Made by a program: the position numbers and the translations under genes. This document shows, in pieces, positions 1 to 13,441 of a stretch of 64,000 bases of DNA. Source of the stretch: Hyphochytrium catenoides (lineage: Eukaryota > Protista > Hyphochytriomycota); assembly GCA_900088475.1 (NCBI GenBank), contig FLMG01000727.1:27401-91400 (forward strand). Reading direction: 5' to 3'. The notes below the pieces were generated by a model that saw only the letters and a list, made by a program, of their open reading frames with translations, did not search any database and was not told the origin of the DNA. How positions within the stretch are numbered: the stretch's first letter is position 1; each line of letters begins with the position of its first letter.

Positions 1-396
1 CGAGAAGAAGAGGGCAAGCTTCTCACTCACTTAAGCCAGCTACGAGCCCAGCATGCGGAGAGAGGGATGGCAGAGGCTGTTCAGCTGTGAACTGTAGGTG
101 ACAGGAAAGCCCCAGACCTCGTCCTGTGGGCATATAATAGTTCTTGCTGGGTCTTTAGGACATAACATCAAGAACCTGTCTCCCTTGCTGGACTGGAAAG
201 CTCGCCACAGCCAGCGTCTGCGTGTCTAAGCTTCGCATGGCTAGTCTATAGCTTTCAGGCTATCCCTTCAGGCATTTCGTCTTCTGAGTTGAATCCTCAC
301 CCCGACAAGGGCTTGCTACTGTGCATCACCCGAAGTGCACCCCTGAACCCTGCCCAAGTGCGCAAGAATCTGACGTCTTCTGTCCAAGAGGAGGAG

Positions 397-3300
397 ATGG
401 CGCTTCCACCCTCACTTGATGTTGGAGTCTATAACCGTATAGTTGCTGCGGTCGAGGTGATGCAGTCCCCGCTAACTCTAGAAAATGAACGACGGGCAGC
501 ATACGAGGTATATTACTCTAGTGCGAGTTCTTTTGCGGCAGAACCAGCTAAAGACCTCCCTACCCACAACAGGAATTTGAAGCGTTTAAGCGACGAGGCG
601 ACAGCGCTCAGTACGCGCTCTGGATCTTGACGTCAGCAGGTTCTATATGGCACTATTGTGATTGTTGTTGACTGCACTCTGACTTCGTTCCGTTGCTGGG
701 GAGTAGACAAACGTGATGCCATCCGCCACTTTGCCCTCCTGGTGTTAGAGGAGCAGCTTAATCAGCGTTGGCGGAACTCCTCTCAGGAACAACACACCTC
801 CATGCGCCTACAGCTGTTGGAGCTATTCTCCCAAAGCAGCAAGCCTATGCTGGAGGAGAAGCAGTTTATCAAAGAGAAGCTGGTAAAGCTCATTAGTAAT
901 GTAGCTGAAAGAGAATATCCACAGCACTGGCCTAGCTTTTTTCAAGACATGGGCCGCATATGGACGATGGGAGATACGCAGGCAGAGCTCGTGACTATGG
1001 TACTAAGAAAGTCCTAGTTACCCCCCTCAGTGCTTATTGCTTTTCCATCTCACTGCATGTTTGCTTTTGTCTAAGACGACTTTATTAACTCTAGCTAACT
1101 TTGGGTCTTAGGTTTTTCGGGACATCGCCCAAGACTGTATGTGCAACGAGTTTGCCGCAAATCTGCCGGCTGACCGTCGAAAGGATATTCTGAATGTAGG
1201 GTAGCGTCTGATGGTGCCACTTTGTTCTCCATGACTGACAAACTTCTTGCTCACATTGCACTTCGTTCATTCTTTCCGGTGGTGCTTATGAAGCGGGTTC
1301 TTGACTCTCAGACATCACCATCTAACTGCTCTTGGTCAATAACGTTAATCACATCCAGCTCAACTTCGTGTTTTCCCTCTCACTCTTGCGCAGGCGATGA
1401 ATACGTTTCTCCCGGAATTTCTACCAGGAGTGTATTCCTATTTGCAGTCCCAACACCAGATGTATACCTCAGTCCTCCACTCACCGACTCAGCGCAGCCG
1501 AGATGACTTTCAGAAAAGGTAAACGTGAACTTGGTCTCTCCTCATTCGGGTTCTGGCCGAGAGTGTCTGACACTCCCCCTATAGGTTGCTGTTGATCCGC
1601 GCGATTCTAAGAATGATAGCTGAGTTTGCTGAGTGGGCACCAATAAACCTTCTGTGCGGGTCGGAGATAAACTTTGTGAGGCTCTTCACTATTTTTCTTC
1701 CCGATCCGCATCTTCGTATGGGTAAGACGGACCCTACAGCCACTCCTTCTGCTTCTCTCTTGTTTATTCAGATTCGTGTCTTCCACCTTTCTCTTCACTA
1801 TGATCAAGACCTACTTTTTGTCCTCCTCCTCTGATCGATGCAATATGAGTGTATCCTTTCCTTTCTTTTGCTTCACTAAGACAGTCATGTACTCTTCAGA
1901 GGCTTGTGACTGTCTGCAACGAGTAGCTTCTCGCAGACTAAACACTCTAGACCATCATCCGGTGATTCAAGAGGCCATCCACTCTTTGCTTGTGGTTGCA
2001 CAGAAGGTTCCCCTGGAAGGCTATGAAGATCCAGAGACGCTAACTTTCCACCACAAATATTGTGAGATGTTAGCGCAATGGGGAGAGAAGCATCTAAGTC
2101 AACTTCGCTGCACATCCTCGTCTTCTAACTCTCGAGACGCCGAGTTAGTGTCTAGTTATCTTTCTCTGATGTGTCTCATTCTTCTCCATCCTAGCAGCAG
2201 AGTAGCTGACAGCCAGCTTTCTTTCTGGGCTTCAATCTCTAAAAATGAGGAGCTCTCTTCCTCTTCGGCTCTTGCTCCAATGGTCCCTATTGTGATGTCA
2301 AGGTTGTATGACAAACTGGCCAAGGTCAGGCTGGAAGAAGACTCGCCCTCATCTCTATGTGCTGCGGAAGAGTTCGATGATGTTTACGAGTATCAACAAT
2401 TTTTTGGAACGTTCAAGAGCCGCACAGGGCAGACGTTGAGAGTAATGTGCGCTAAGTGGCCAGTCATCGGCCTTGACCTGGCCCTCTACAAGCTTAAGGA
2501 GGTAATAGCTTCGCATCTGGAGCCTAAGGACGAAGTGACAGCCGAGGGCATAGCTACTCAGGGCTCCAAGGCCGTCCTCGCTCAAGATGCCCTCGCTTAT
2601 TACCTAGATAATCTCCTCCCAGCTGTGCTTGAGGGCAAGCTGGTGAAAGAAAATACCAATTCGTACAGTGCTATCCGGCAAAAGGTCGAGGAGCTTACGA
2701 CTGCCCTACTTGGCGTCAATATCGGTGATCCGGTCCTTCTTCAGCGCTACGTGCAAGCTTTGGCGTCCTTGGTGAAGTTCTACGAGCTAGAACCACGGTA
2801 CCTCACTCCTGCCTTCGAGAGGATCTTCCTATGTGTCTCTTTCGTCCATTCCGCAGATAGGCCGCAGGAAGAGAAAATCCATCAGGAGACGATTAGTTTG
2901 CGTCGGCGGGCTGCCGCCACTCTGGTGCGGTTGAGCAAGGCTGCACCCCAGCTTATGCTTCACTGTGTGCCAGATGTTGGAAATCGCATTCTGTCCCTCA
3001 TCCAGGACGGCGATAGAGTGAAACTTGCGGAAAATGAGAGAGTGACACTTTTGGAGATGCTTGTCGTTATTAGCAACTCATTCCCGCAGCAGGAACAGCA
3101 AGTTGCCTTTCTTGATGACATACTCAGGGACACCATTCAAGAATGGGCTGGAGAGAGCATGAGACAAAACGTCGCAGACCCACAACGCCTTGTCGCAGCT
3201 CTTGGCAATTTTCGGTTTTCTACTCTGGCGGTTGAGCCCTTAGAGTTTCGAGGCGGTGCCTTGTTAAGTCGGGTGCATCATATTGGGAGACGAGTGCAGC

Positions 3301-5487
3301 CTTCCGCACATACCGCTCATCACATCTTCAGACGGTAAGCTATTATGCTCAAAGCAGGCTAGGCCAGAAAAGCACCAGCCCGCTGGGTAGCGGCATAATA
3401 GCCAAGAAAAAGTAGGCAGGATGAGTGATGGTTGGATAAATGAGTGGTGACATGGAGAGAAGGAGTAGCAGGTACAAAGGATGATGCTTAGTAAACAAGA
3501 GTCGTGACGGTTTTATGATGAACAGTTGTGAGTGGCTCTGTTGTCTAATCTCTCCCCCTTCAGCTATTGGCCAACCATCTTGCCGAACGCACTATTGCTA
3601 ATCGGCACTCTTCACCAGCTCTGGAAACCAGATATCCGGCCCTCCCTCTTAGCCCTTGAAAGCGCACGGTGGTTGATGTTCCTGTCAGACGATGAGTTGG
3701 CTCCTCTGCTGGAAGGCAGAGAGCAGATCCAGTTGCCTGCAGAGGGGAAGGATCAACGGATTGGATGTGCACGCTGGATGAAGACGTTCAGACTTACTTG
3801 CTACGAAACTCTGGCGCTCGCAGGTAGAGCTCGTTTCGTATAAGCTTTGCTTGTCTTTCAATCGATATGACCATACGAAGGTTGCATAGCGAATGAACCT
3901 ACACGTTATCATCTGTTCGTGGCTTTTCNNCTTTTCATGGAACATCGCCATTTCAAGCAGTTCGTCCACTTTCTGGTGCGCCCGCTTACCTACAACTGCC
4001 CGGATGAGCATCGCATGGCTGTGCTTAAGCCCTTGTTGACTGTTACCTTTAGTCACGCTGCATTAAGACTTGAGTCAGTCTGGTGCGCAAAGATGGTATG
4101 ACACCGCTATCTATTACTTCTGCCTCCCCCTTAATGGCGCTTGACAATCTAGATGCCTTCTGACCTGCACGGAGATTGAGTTCGTTGTCATGTGCCTTTT
4201 ATCTCTCAGAATCCCTCTTGTTTGCAACTATAAGTTACACTCTCTCTGTCGATGCAGCCTGGCGCTGTGATCACTGACGAAAGGCGGGCGGAGCAGCTGC
4301 ATTGGCAATCCATTATCCCCGGCTTAGACCCTGCTCTGGGTGAGGTGGTCCAAGAGGGGATTGTGAGAGATCTTTCCCGGATCATCATGGACTTTCTTCA
4401 CAGCATTCTCGCATTTTTCGTCCCAGAGGGAGACGACAAGGCCGAAACCTCATCGAAGAATTTTCTTCATCTGGAAGCTGTCCGTCACTTCGTTTTGTTT
4501 TCCCAGGAGGAGCTGTCTGGATCCCTCATGATGTTGCTTCTTACCTCATTACGTATTCCAGACACCTACTGCTGTCGTAAGGCGGTTTCAATATGTTCGG
4601 CAATTCTTAGTACTCTTTCCAGCTCTGGGCCTTCGACTCCTCAGTCCAGCAATGTTGGGTTGGGCCAAATTTCATCTTCGCCAGAAGCAGGGAAGCAGAC
4701 GGTAGGGATAGAATGGCTGACGAAGTACCAGTTGGTCTTCGCCCGGGATGTTCTAAGCACCGCGGTGCGACTCTTGCTGGCAGGTGAGGCATAGAGAGTG
4801 AGTCAAGCTTCTTAAGAGTGGAGGTGTGGTTCATTCTATCGAATGGAAAGCTAACTGTCGCTCTTTCCTTACCCTCTTCCAATATGTTCTTGTGTCTTCC
4901 TCTATGTACCTCTCTTTCCTAAGGTTCTTTGGCACACTATCTTTCCTATTCTCTTAATGGCTGCTACTACTTCTGTTCTTCCTAACAATGACTATGACGA
5001 CCCTAATGACGCAGACGACCTTCCTCATGTCGAGGACTCAAGCTTACAATGGCAGATTGTCACTCTAGTGAAGTCCATCTACTGCCGTTTCAGTCTGGGT
5101 CTGCTGGAAGAAAAAGAGAAAAAAGATGTCAACTCCTCCACACCCAGTTCCCTTCCGCTGAAAAAGGAAGTGGACCCTAGTCGCATCCTATTCCTCTCTC
5201 TGCCTGGAGTGACCGAGGAGGTTTTAGACAAACTGGATAGGCAGCTAAAGGAAGAACATACAGAAAGGGCCCGAAGACTGCTTGTCAAAGATTTTCTTCA
5301 AGATGCCGCAAGTAGGCTTAGGCAAGAGGAGAAGGCGGGAGGTGAGTCCATTTTGAAGAAGAAGAGCTACAAGGTGGACAGCCTTCCACCTTACCTTCGC
5401 TCGAAGAAGGGAACACCTCCATCATCGTCTTCTATATGGCAAGCAGGAGACGTATCCGTAGGGTCCCTCTTTGACACTGCCCACTAG
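397..5487 (+). CDS. XPO5: Exportin-5-like karyopherin-beta (multi-exon, HEAT repeats)
   Basis: The ORF pieces join across GT..AG introns (e.g. 508-572). Motifs include IBN_N/Xpo1-like 'IRHFALLVLEE..QRW', 'FIKEKLVKLISNVAEREYPQHWPSFF', 'EEFDDVYEYQQFFGTFKS', 'LRRRAAATLVRL', 'ILPNALLLIGTLHQLW' and 'FMEHRHFKQFVHFLVRPLTYNCP'. Confidence 0.8.
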
Positions 5488-5966
5488 ATCTCCACCCTAG
5501 CCCCCCCTAGGCCTTCTCTCCTTTCTACTTCTGTTGCTGTCTGTCGGCTTTGGCCCTCTCTATCTCCTTCCAGTCCGCAAGCTGGTCCTTCTAGGCTGCA
5601 CCTTTCTGTCACGATCCATCAACTGAATCTCTAGCTTTGAATACTTTATTTATATAGAGCAGTAATCAATCCTCCACGTTCCCTTCATGACACTTTTTCC
5701 CTTCAAGGATTCTTCTAGACTATCTTTGACTTTAGCCTCGAGTGAAAGGACATCGATCATGTCTCCAGTCCCTGAGCTCTTTCCTGAGATCCTGGAGTTG
5801 TACACCTATCTCCGTTTAGGGTATCGGTACATCGATAGGCCTAAGGGCTCATTGGGTTTTTAGCCCTTTTGCATCTCAGGCTACAGGCCTACTGACAAGA
5901 CCTCCACTATAGACAGATATACACCTTGTTCCAGGAAGGTTCTACTCCTGGCGGTCGGGGTTTTGT

Positions 5967-8900
5967 TCAACCATCTTCTGGGCGCTCTGGTGCAATGCTC
6001 AGACTGAGTAACACGAGCGCAGAGACTCAGATTAGTCGGAAGTCCGTGAGAAGATAAAGAGCGGCGATTGGAAGGACATGGATCTTTCGGCATCTTCTTA
6101 CCTTCTAATGTTCTCGCCTGTTGCGAAGTTCATCTTTTGGGTGTGGACCACCTTTATGCTCATGAGGATTCTCTCCTCCTCTTCCTCGCTTTCTCTCTCT
6201 CCACACATCTCCTCCTCAAGGGAATAAAGCCTAAAATGACTTGGAATTGACACAACCGCAGAGCCAGATGAAGACAGTGAAATTTCTATAGGAACATGGC
6301 GGTTGGCTGCTATAATCCGGACACTAGGGTTCTGGTGAGCTGTGAACACATAGTCCATTTGGAATGATGTGAGCATCAGTGAGGTTCCGCCAGCAGGAAT
6401 GGACTAAAGTAAAAGAAAAATGTCTTAACGAGGACTAACTTATCAGACCTGCTGCTCCCACAAAGGTAATAGTCAGTGACGAAAGAGTAATAAAGGTAAT
6501 AGCCAGTGACGAAAGAGAAAGAGTTAGAGATTGAGTGAACCTACCCAGCAGCGTATGCACCACATCATAAGAGTCTCCTCCACCTGTGGTTCTCGCCGCT
6601 GCTTGTAGAACTGAGCGAACAATGTTCATTTGCTCCTCCCGTTCTGTCGTCACTTCCGCTGCAATCTTTTCTACCGCGTCGAACAATGCCTAGTAAAAGT
6701 CAAGAATAGAAAGAAATCAGCTACGAAGGTGCTCGCAGCATTCCTTTGACGTTGCTGTCTTCTTCTGGGTCCTTTGCCTCCACTCTCTCCTCGTTTCCAC
6801 TTAAACGTCCACAGCGTTATGGTCATTAAAGCAGAGAGGCATGTACGGCCTACCTCTGTCTCTACGTCTCCGCCCTCATAAGGTACGGCGTTGAAAATTA
6901 TTCGCTCTCGAGATAGATCTTTCCTTGTCTGATCCATGCCAGCAAAGACAGCCCTGCGCACGGGAGAGAAAGCGGCTAGATGTGAGGGCAAAGATAGCTG
7001 ATAAATGGGATATAAGAGAATAACAAGATAGGCAATGTCGAGTTCGATGAGCAGGGTGCCGAGACCCAAGAGTAGCCAAGTGGGAAGACCTGCCTAGAAG
7101 GGGAATCCATGATAAGTCAGCAAACATTTTGGTCGGCAGAACGATACCTGGGCAGGACGATTCTATCCAATAGCTTCTGGTGCTTCTCCATGAGAAGCTG
7201 GTACTCTCTTCTCGATGTTGCTGTCATTGCCTGCGGTGGAACAGGATGGGACGGAGAAGGACGAGGAGGCAAAGCCGAACGATAAGAAAAGGCCGAACCA
7301 CGAAAAAGTGACATCATTCAGAGAGACACAGGCCAAAGAAAGGGATTACAATAAGAGCGAAGGTAGGGCAGAACCTTCTTTTGCAACACAGCGAGCTCCT
7401 CTGGGTCCGTGTACCATAGCAGCGGGTGTGTGCCCCGTAAGTAGCCCACGGACCCAATTCTGTCAAGAAGATCTGACGTATCATCGGCTTCTGATGTTTG
7501 ATCTGGCGACGCGAAACAAGAACAGACAGAGGATTAAGATGTACAGAAGCTTGGAAGAAGAGAACGAAAGGAGGAGGTCAGATAGAGTAGACGAGAAACG
7601 ATAGAACTTTGGAATGGTTGTCACTGCCAAAGTTTATGAAATAGAGAGATGCGGTCGTAAAGGAATACTGACTCTGGCCGGATGAGGACGGAAAGGAGAA
7701 GAACTGATGGACCGAGGCACGGCTCAAGCAATCCACCCAGGCAGCCGCCTCCCTCGCGCTGTCTGCGCGCAACACATACGACCTACGACTGCGTAAATGC
7801 GATAAGAAGTTGAGTTGGTTAAACGAGATAGGCTGGCACAGATGTAGGAAAGATAGCGATAAGAGCCCACACAAGTTACGTGGCATGAAGTCTAACACCC
7901 TTTGGATCGGCTCTGTATGCCCTTCGCCTTCATTCTTAAGGAGTAGGACTCCGCTTCTTACCTGTTTGAGTGCACGAGCGCCTTGTTTTTGAACTTGACC
8001 AAGTGAATGGAATGCCGTGCAGTAGGTGTAAGAGAGAAGTCCGACGGAGAAGAGCCAAGACCGAGTCCGGAAGACGAGGAGACTACGATATTGTCCAATA
8101 TAATAGCACCCCTAGGCACACCGTCCTTTCACGGCAGCCAGAGCGTGTCAGATACTCGGTCATCTCAGAATTTCGTTTTGCTACCTTCCCTCTATTCCTG
8201 AGCCATCCTCGTGTAGCCTTCTGATCTTTCCTTGTTTGGCAATGTACAACTATCTTCTCAACATCACCTGTTACCCGGTGGCTGTCTCTGACTGCTCTGT
8301 TAACCTGTGCTGTCTCTTTTTCAGGCAGCTGAATCTTTTCATTCTACTTCGCTCAAACCCTTGTGCAGCTAGTCTCCCAAACTTACCCTCTCTGTCTTAT
8401 AATAGTACAGGCGATGTCCCTTCAACTCAAACCATCGCGGTTGCCACGATGATAGCCCACTTCTTTTTCTTAGCCAGCCTGTCATCGTAGGAGACTAGAG
8501 ATATGATACATAGTGCAAGCCACGAAGAAGTATAGGCGCAAACCAGAAGAAGACGGGTTAGAAGACTGGAAAAGTCATTAACATCTTTGACAAACGAGGA
8601 ACGCAGCGAGTAACAGTCCAACAGCATCAAAGGGAGGACGCATTTCTTCAGCCCGGAAAAGATTGAAGACTGGGACGAAAGATGCTGAGGATAACCGTTC
8701 GAATTGAACGAGTGGAAGACATAGAAGGCGATATATCGACGTTACAAGACATAAACGACGAGCACAGACTCACCCGAACCTCCCCCACATGTGGCACTCC
8801 GTTGGCTTCTGACTGCATCTCCGCCCAGTGTGTGGAGCTAATGGAAGGACCAGACTTTTGAGAGTCCGCGGACCCTGAAGAGTGAAGCTATCAGCGTCTA

Positions 8901-11900
8901 TTGCCTTCATCTAACTTATCTTTTCCTGCTCGGCCAGTGCCAAGCCCACCGGGCCGGATCACCTCTAAGGATTCGAAGCTCAAGACCCTCAGGAGACAGC
9001 TCTGGTCGTTCTCTCTTTCTCTCCTCCCCTATACGGATTTCCCGCTGCTGTTGATCTTACCAGGGGTGTCAGAAGAAGGAGATGCCGGGGCCGGAGTCTC
9101 CACATTAAGACCCTCGTCTACTTCGTACATAGAAGCTCGTTCTCGGAGTCTGGCATGAGAGCCTTTAGTGTTGTCTCGCTCTTTGACTCTCCTTATTGAC
9201 GCAGAGCCGGAATTTTTCCTGGCTGATGCTCTGCCTTCTTCTTCTACTTCTGCGAGATCTCTCTCCTCTGATTCTGGACAGAGACTATCTAGGTCGTCAT
9301 CACTGCCAAGTAAACGATTAGAACTCACTAGCTGTATCGCAGGTAGGGAGACGACCACGACTATTGATTATCGGCTTCCTCTTTGTCATCCTTCCAACTG
9401 CGAGGTCCGACACCTCTCTTCTCCTGCCTCTGCGGGAAGACTCCTTCTCCCTGTTACCCTGTGTCTCAATCCAGCTGTTCACACTGTCTGCCTGTGTCTC
9501 TTCAGCTTCTCTTTTCAACCATCGCTTCTACTTATTTCACTATGGTCTTACCTTGAATCCAGGCTGGGAGCATTGATGCCAAGCTGCGAAGCCAATCCTT
9601 TGTCCAAATCATGGGCAAACTTGAGCTAGACGAGTGAATTATGTAAACAATAAGGCTTGACCGCAGATACACTTGTGACACTGCCCTCCATGCCCCCACT
9701 TTTGACTCCTCTATCCTCTGGCTTGCTCATCCCCATCCGCTTTTTTATTTGCCTCTTATCTCGGGCGCGGTACTCACATGTTCATGCGTCAACTCTCCCA
9801 TTCGAGTCAGTGGAATCTGAATCGTGAGGCCCCACATCTCCCTTCCGATCCATTGCAGGGAGATATCGGGGTGCAAGGTAGTCCCTGTGCTACATAGTGC
9901 AGATAGAGGAGAGTGATAACGCAATGCGGCGGAGACAGTACGTTAGTTGTCCAAAGAGTAAGAAATCGTGCTGGAAAGCGGGTCAAGGTGCTATCATTAA
10001 GAGAAGTAGGAGCCGAAGTACTAATCAAGGGCCCTAGAAAGTGTAAGGATACACGCAAAGGGCAGACATGAGGATAGAGGACACTAAAGACCTGAGGGAC
10101 TTCAGCAAGAGGCATAATATATATATGTAATTTGCAAGAACGATTGTACTGTCTTTGGCGGCATCCAGCCAAGGAAAGGAGGAGGCAGTGGGCCGAGGAC
10201 AAGACTTCCAAAAGTTCCCACCATAGAATGCTCAGGGCGGGTAAGAGGAGATCAAAAGATACTCTTTGTTCACCTCTTTGCGACTTGAGCTACTACTGAT
10301 ATCATGGCGGCACCAGCTTCCAGTGTCCCGCATGCAATAGAGCCTCTGAGAGAGTTAGAATCCAAGCCCCAACGGTGGTCTGCAAAAGGGTCATCGGGAA
10401 AGAGGCGCTGCAAGGAAGAAGTGAGGAGATCGGAGGACGCGACTGCATTGGGGAGTATCCCACTGGAGGAGGGGGTACGGCGATACAAAGTAACCAGTGA
10501 AGAACCATTAAGAGAACCTAATAATTGCAAAGACCACATGCCAGATATCACGTAAAAGTCCTAGGATAGGACACTTCCGGGCATTGGTAGGTAGATCTTA
10601 CCTGCGCTTCCCTATTGATCTTATTGAGTCCTGCCTTTAGCTTTTTATGAGGGAGATGGTCAAGATTGGAGGACGAGAGCTTGTTGCTCTTTGTTGGGCT
10701 TCCACTGGGTTTCCCTATGGTCATTTTGGCACGAGTCAGTCAGCATACCCTCGTACCGCTGGGATCGTATGAATACTTCTTCCGACCGCTTTCCTCTATT
10801 GCCGTTCCTCGTGTGGCTTCCTTTCGCCTCCTCGTCTACTCCTTTGTACGTGAAGGGATCGCTAGATGCCAGATACTTTTGCCTCTGAACTTTCCACCTA
10901 CCCGGGGTCTGTGGAGTGCCAGATCCAGCCTTCACCAGCTCTTCTCCTCGCTTTTCTTCTGTCTTGAGGGGCCCTTTAAGGTCTTGTTTGGAGTCCTTAC
11001 GTCCGCTATCCGTGGGTCGGCCGGAGGATTGAGCCTTGACTCTAGCCTGAGAAGACTTACTCTTTTTTAATGAGGAGATCGGAGAAGAAGTGAGAAGGCT
11101 GGATAGATTCGCAAAGTAGCAACGGGTACACAGAAACCATCAAGCGCTGATTTGGCACAATAAAGATAGATAATATCCAGGACCCTGCATCCTGAGCCAG
11201 TTATGCCGAGTTGTTGAGAACGCTCGAAGAAGCCAGGGTAACTCACCTTTCCGGCGACCAGCTTTTGTCCCGGCTTCAATGGTTTGCCATTGCTGGTCTT
11301 ACTGCCAGTGCGTGTTGGAGCAGCCCTGCGCTCTGTAGTCTGGGACCCGACCTTGGCGACGGTCTTCAATTTGGCTGCATGCTTCTGTGGCAACGTAAGT
11401 ATCAAGTTCTGGGTGTGAACGAAGTGGAAGCTATTACTTTGGTGATCGGCTACACAAAACTGGATATTCGCTCGAGTCTAAGGCGTCTAGTCTCTCTCTA
11501 TCTAAAGTCTCATTCCTTTTCTGATTCTCGTTCCTCAAACTCTCGTTCGGTGTAACATTTCTCTCGCTCCCTTGAGCGTCCTAACTCTCCGGCGCATCGT
11601 CTTCGGTTCCTATATCGGCTCCATCCTTTGGGCCGTAACGACATAAATCCGGTGACACTTTCTCTGTTGCCCAGGCCATCCACTTACATGGCTAGCTCCT
11701 ATCCTAATCGTTGCAGGCCGCTTTGTGGGAGCAGTATGTGCACGAGACCCCTTCGTTGTAGTCGGCTTGAGCTCAAGCTTACCGTCACCGTTGCCCTTGT
11801 TAGACTTGAGCACTCCAGTCTCTGTTCTCTGATTCTTAACCATAGAAGTGTCCTTCTTCGCGCCAGTCTCCATATCTGGTGACAGTTCATTTGCTCTCTT

Positions 11901-12386
11901 GCTCTCGCTGGGCACACCCTCCTTGCTTTTGCAATCATTGGCCTCTTCCTCCTTGCTTTTGCAATCCTTGTTCTTTTCGCTGGCTTTTGCCTCTTCCAGA
12001 AGCCGAACTCCTTCCCGCTTGGGAGAGCTCTGCATGCTACCTGGACCACTAGGCATTCCTTTCGCACTTGGCATGGCGTCCTTCACTCCCTTCTTCAAAG
12101 CTGCTTTGGGGGCATGGTTGGCAGTGTTTGCTTTAGTTGAGGCCTGATTCTTGGGAATGTTTACTCTAGCTGTAGGCTTTGCCTTTGCCTTGACTGGCCT
12201 GGGGGTTGAAACTTTCGGCATGTTGCTAGTGCTTGCTGGAACATTGACGGTAGTTTGACTAGAGGTACTAGTAAAAGGGGAGCCACTGGTAGAGAGAATA
12301 GGGGATTGGGAGGTAGTAGGTGGACCTGTCAGAGGTCTCACTGTTGGATCAAGGGAAGTGTTTGTGGCCCCTGGACCCTCCGCCAT
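5967..12386 (-). CDS. Large multi-exon protein: long low-complexity Ser/Thr/Lys-rich N-terminus, PH domain, conserved-looking C-terminal domain of unknown family
   Basis: The 261-aa low-complexity exon is at 11610-12395. A PH C-terminal helix 'RRSYVLRADSAREAAAWVDCLSRAS' lies near 7715-7790. Downstream exons read 'DQTRKDLSRERIIFN', 'VLQAAARTTGGGDSYDVVHTLL' and 'VVSIPSHFRLYS', ending 'SLSIAPERPEDG*' at 5967. That all pieces form one gene is inferred. Confidence 0.55.
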
Positions 12387-13441
12387 AATGGACAACAGAT
12401 AGTCAGTATGGCCCTGTGCTAAGTTGCACTCAGCTTCGGCACTTACTGAACCGGATACTAAGCATAGAAAATTATCGTTTATACTTCAACAATGACTAGC
12501 ATAGGGTCTAGTACATGATGTTAGGGGAAATACCAGACATTATTGGAGTGAGCCTCATGGTAGAAGCTGCCAACGACGCTGTCGAGGGAATGAAGCGGTC
12601 TCTGGACTTCACCACTCGTCCCCTTTCAACTGCACTCATCATCTACTTCATCCCTTTCGCTCTTCCCCTCTTCCACTGCCCTAAGCGATGTTTGTCCTAG
12701 AAAAGACTCAGATACACTTCCAACAATATGGAGCTGGATAGTGTATAAAAGAGAAAAGGAACGATAAGACTAGTAGGTATCTGTGATCATGAAGTACGAC
12801 AAAGAAAGGCTTCTTTCAGCAAGCAAGAGAGAAGGAAGGAAAGAGTAAAACCGAGTAGTAGCGAGACACGAAGGCACAGAGATAGAGAGGCGAAGGGCGA
12901 GGACGAGGAAGGCGTCAGGAGCCAAGCCATAAAGAGGTCGTCGTAGGCTGGCAGCGAGGGCAGGCCGCTGGGCCATCAAGCGGTGTAGGATCCCTAAGAG
13001 CCTTCGCCTTTGTAGAACCAGACCAACCAAACACCAGAATGTAACGGATTCCTGGGTGACGGCGTTAAGAATTATGTACCGGAATTTACTTTCTATACCG
13101 GAGGGAGCTCTTCTGATCACGAATACTCCCAACGTCCTCCACCCACCGATGAAGATCCTAACTGTCATAGTTCCAAACCGATAAGCCTTAAACTACCTAC
13201 CCATCCACTATTACTCCAGGGGGAGGCCTCAAAGAGAAATCATTCGCATCCCAATTCTGAAGATTTGAGGTCTCCGTCGCACGCCTCCCGTCGAAGAAAT
13301 GTTTACTCTCCTCCATCTGGCCTTCCTAGTTCTCTGGAGCTAGTGGTCAGCAGGGACTCAGTCAGTCTCATACATCAGAGTCTCTCTCAAACTTGACTCT
13401 CCAAGGATCGCGGCTAGTGGTGTTTTGATAATACTCTAATA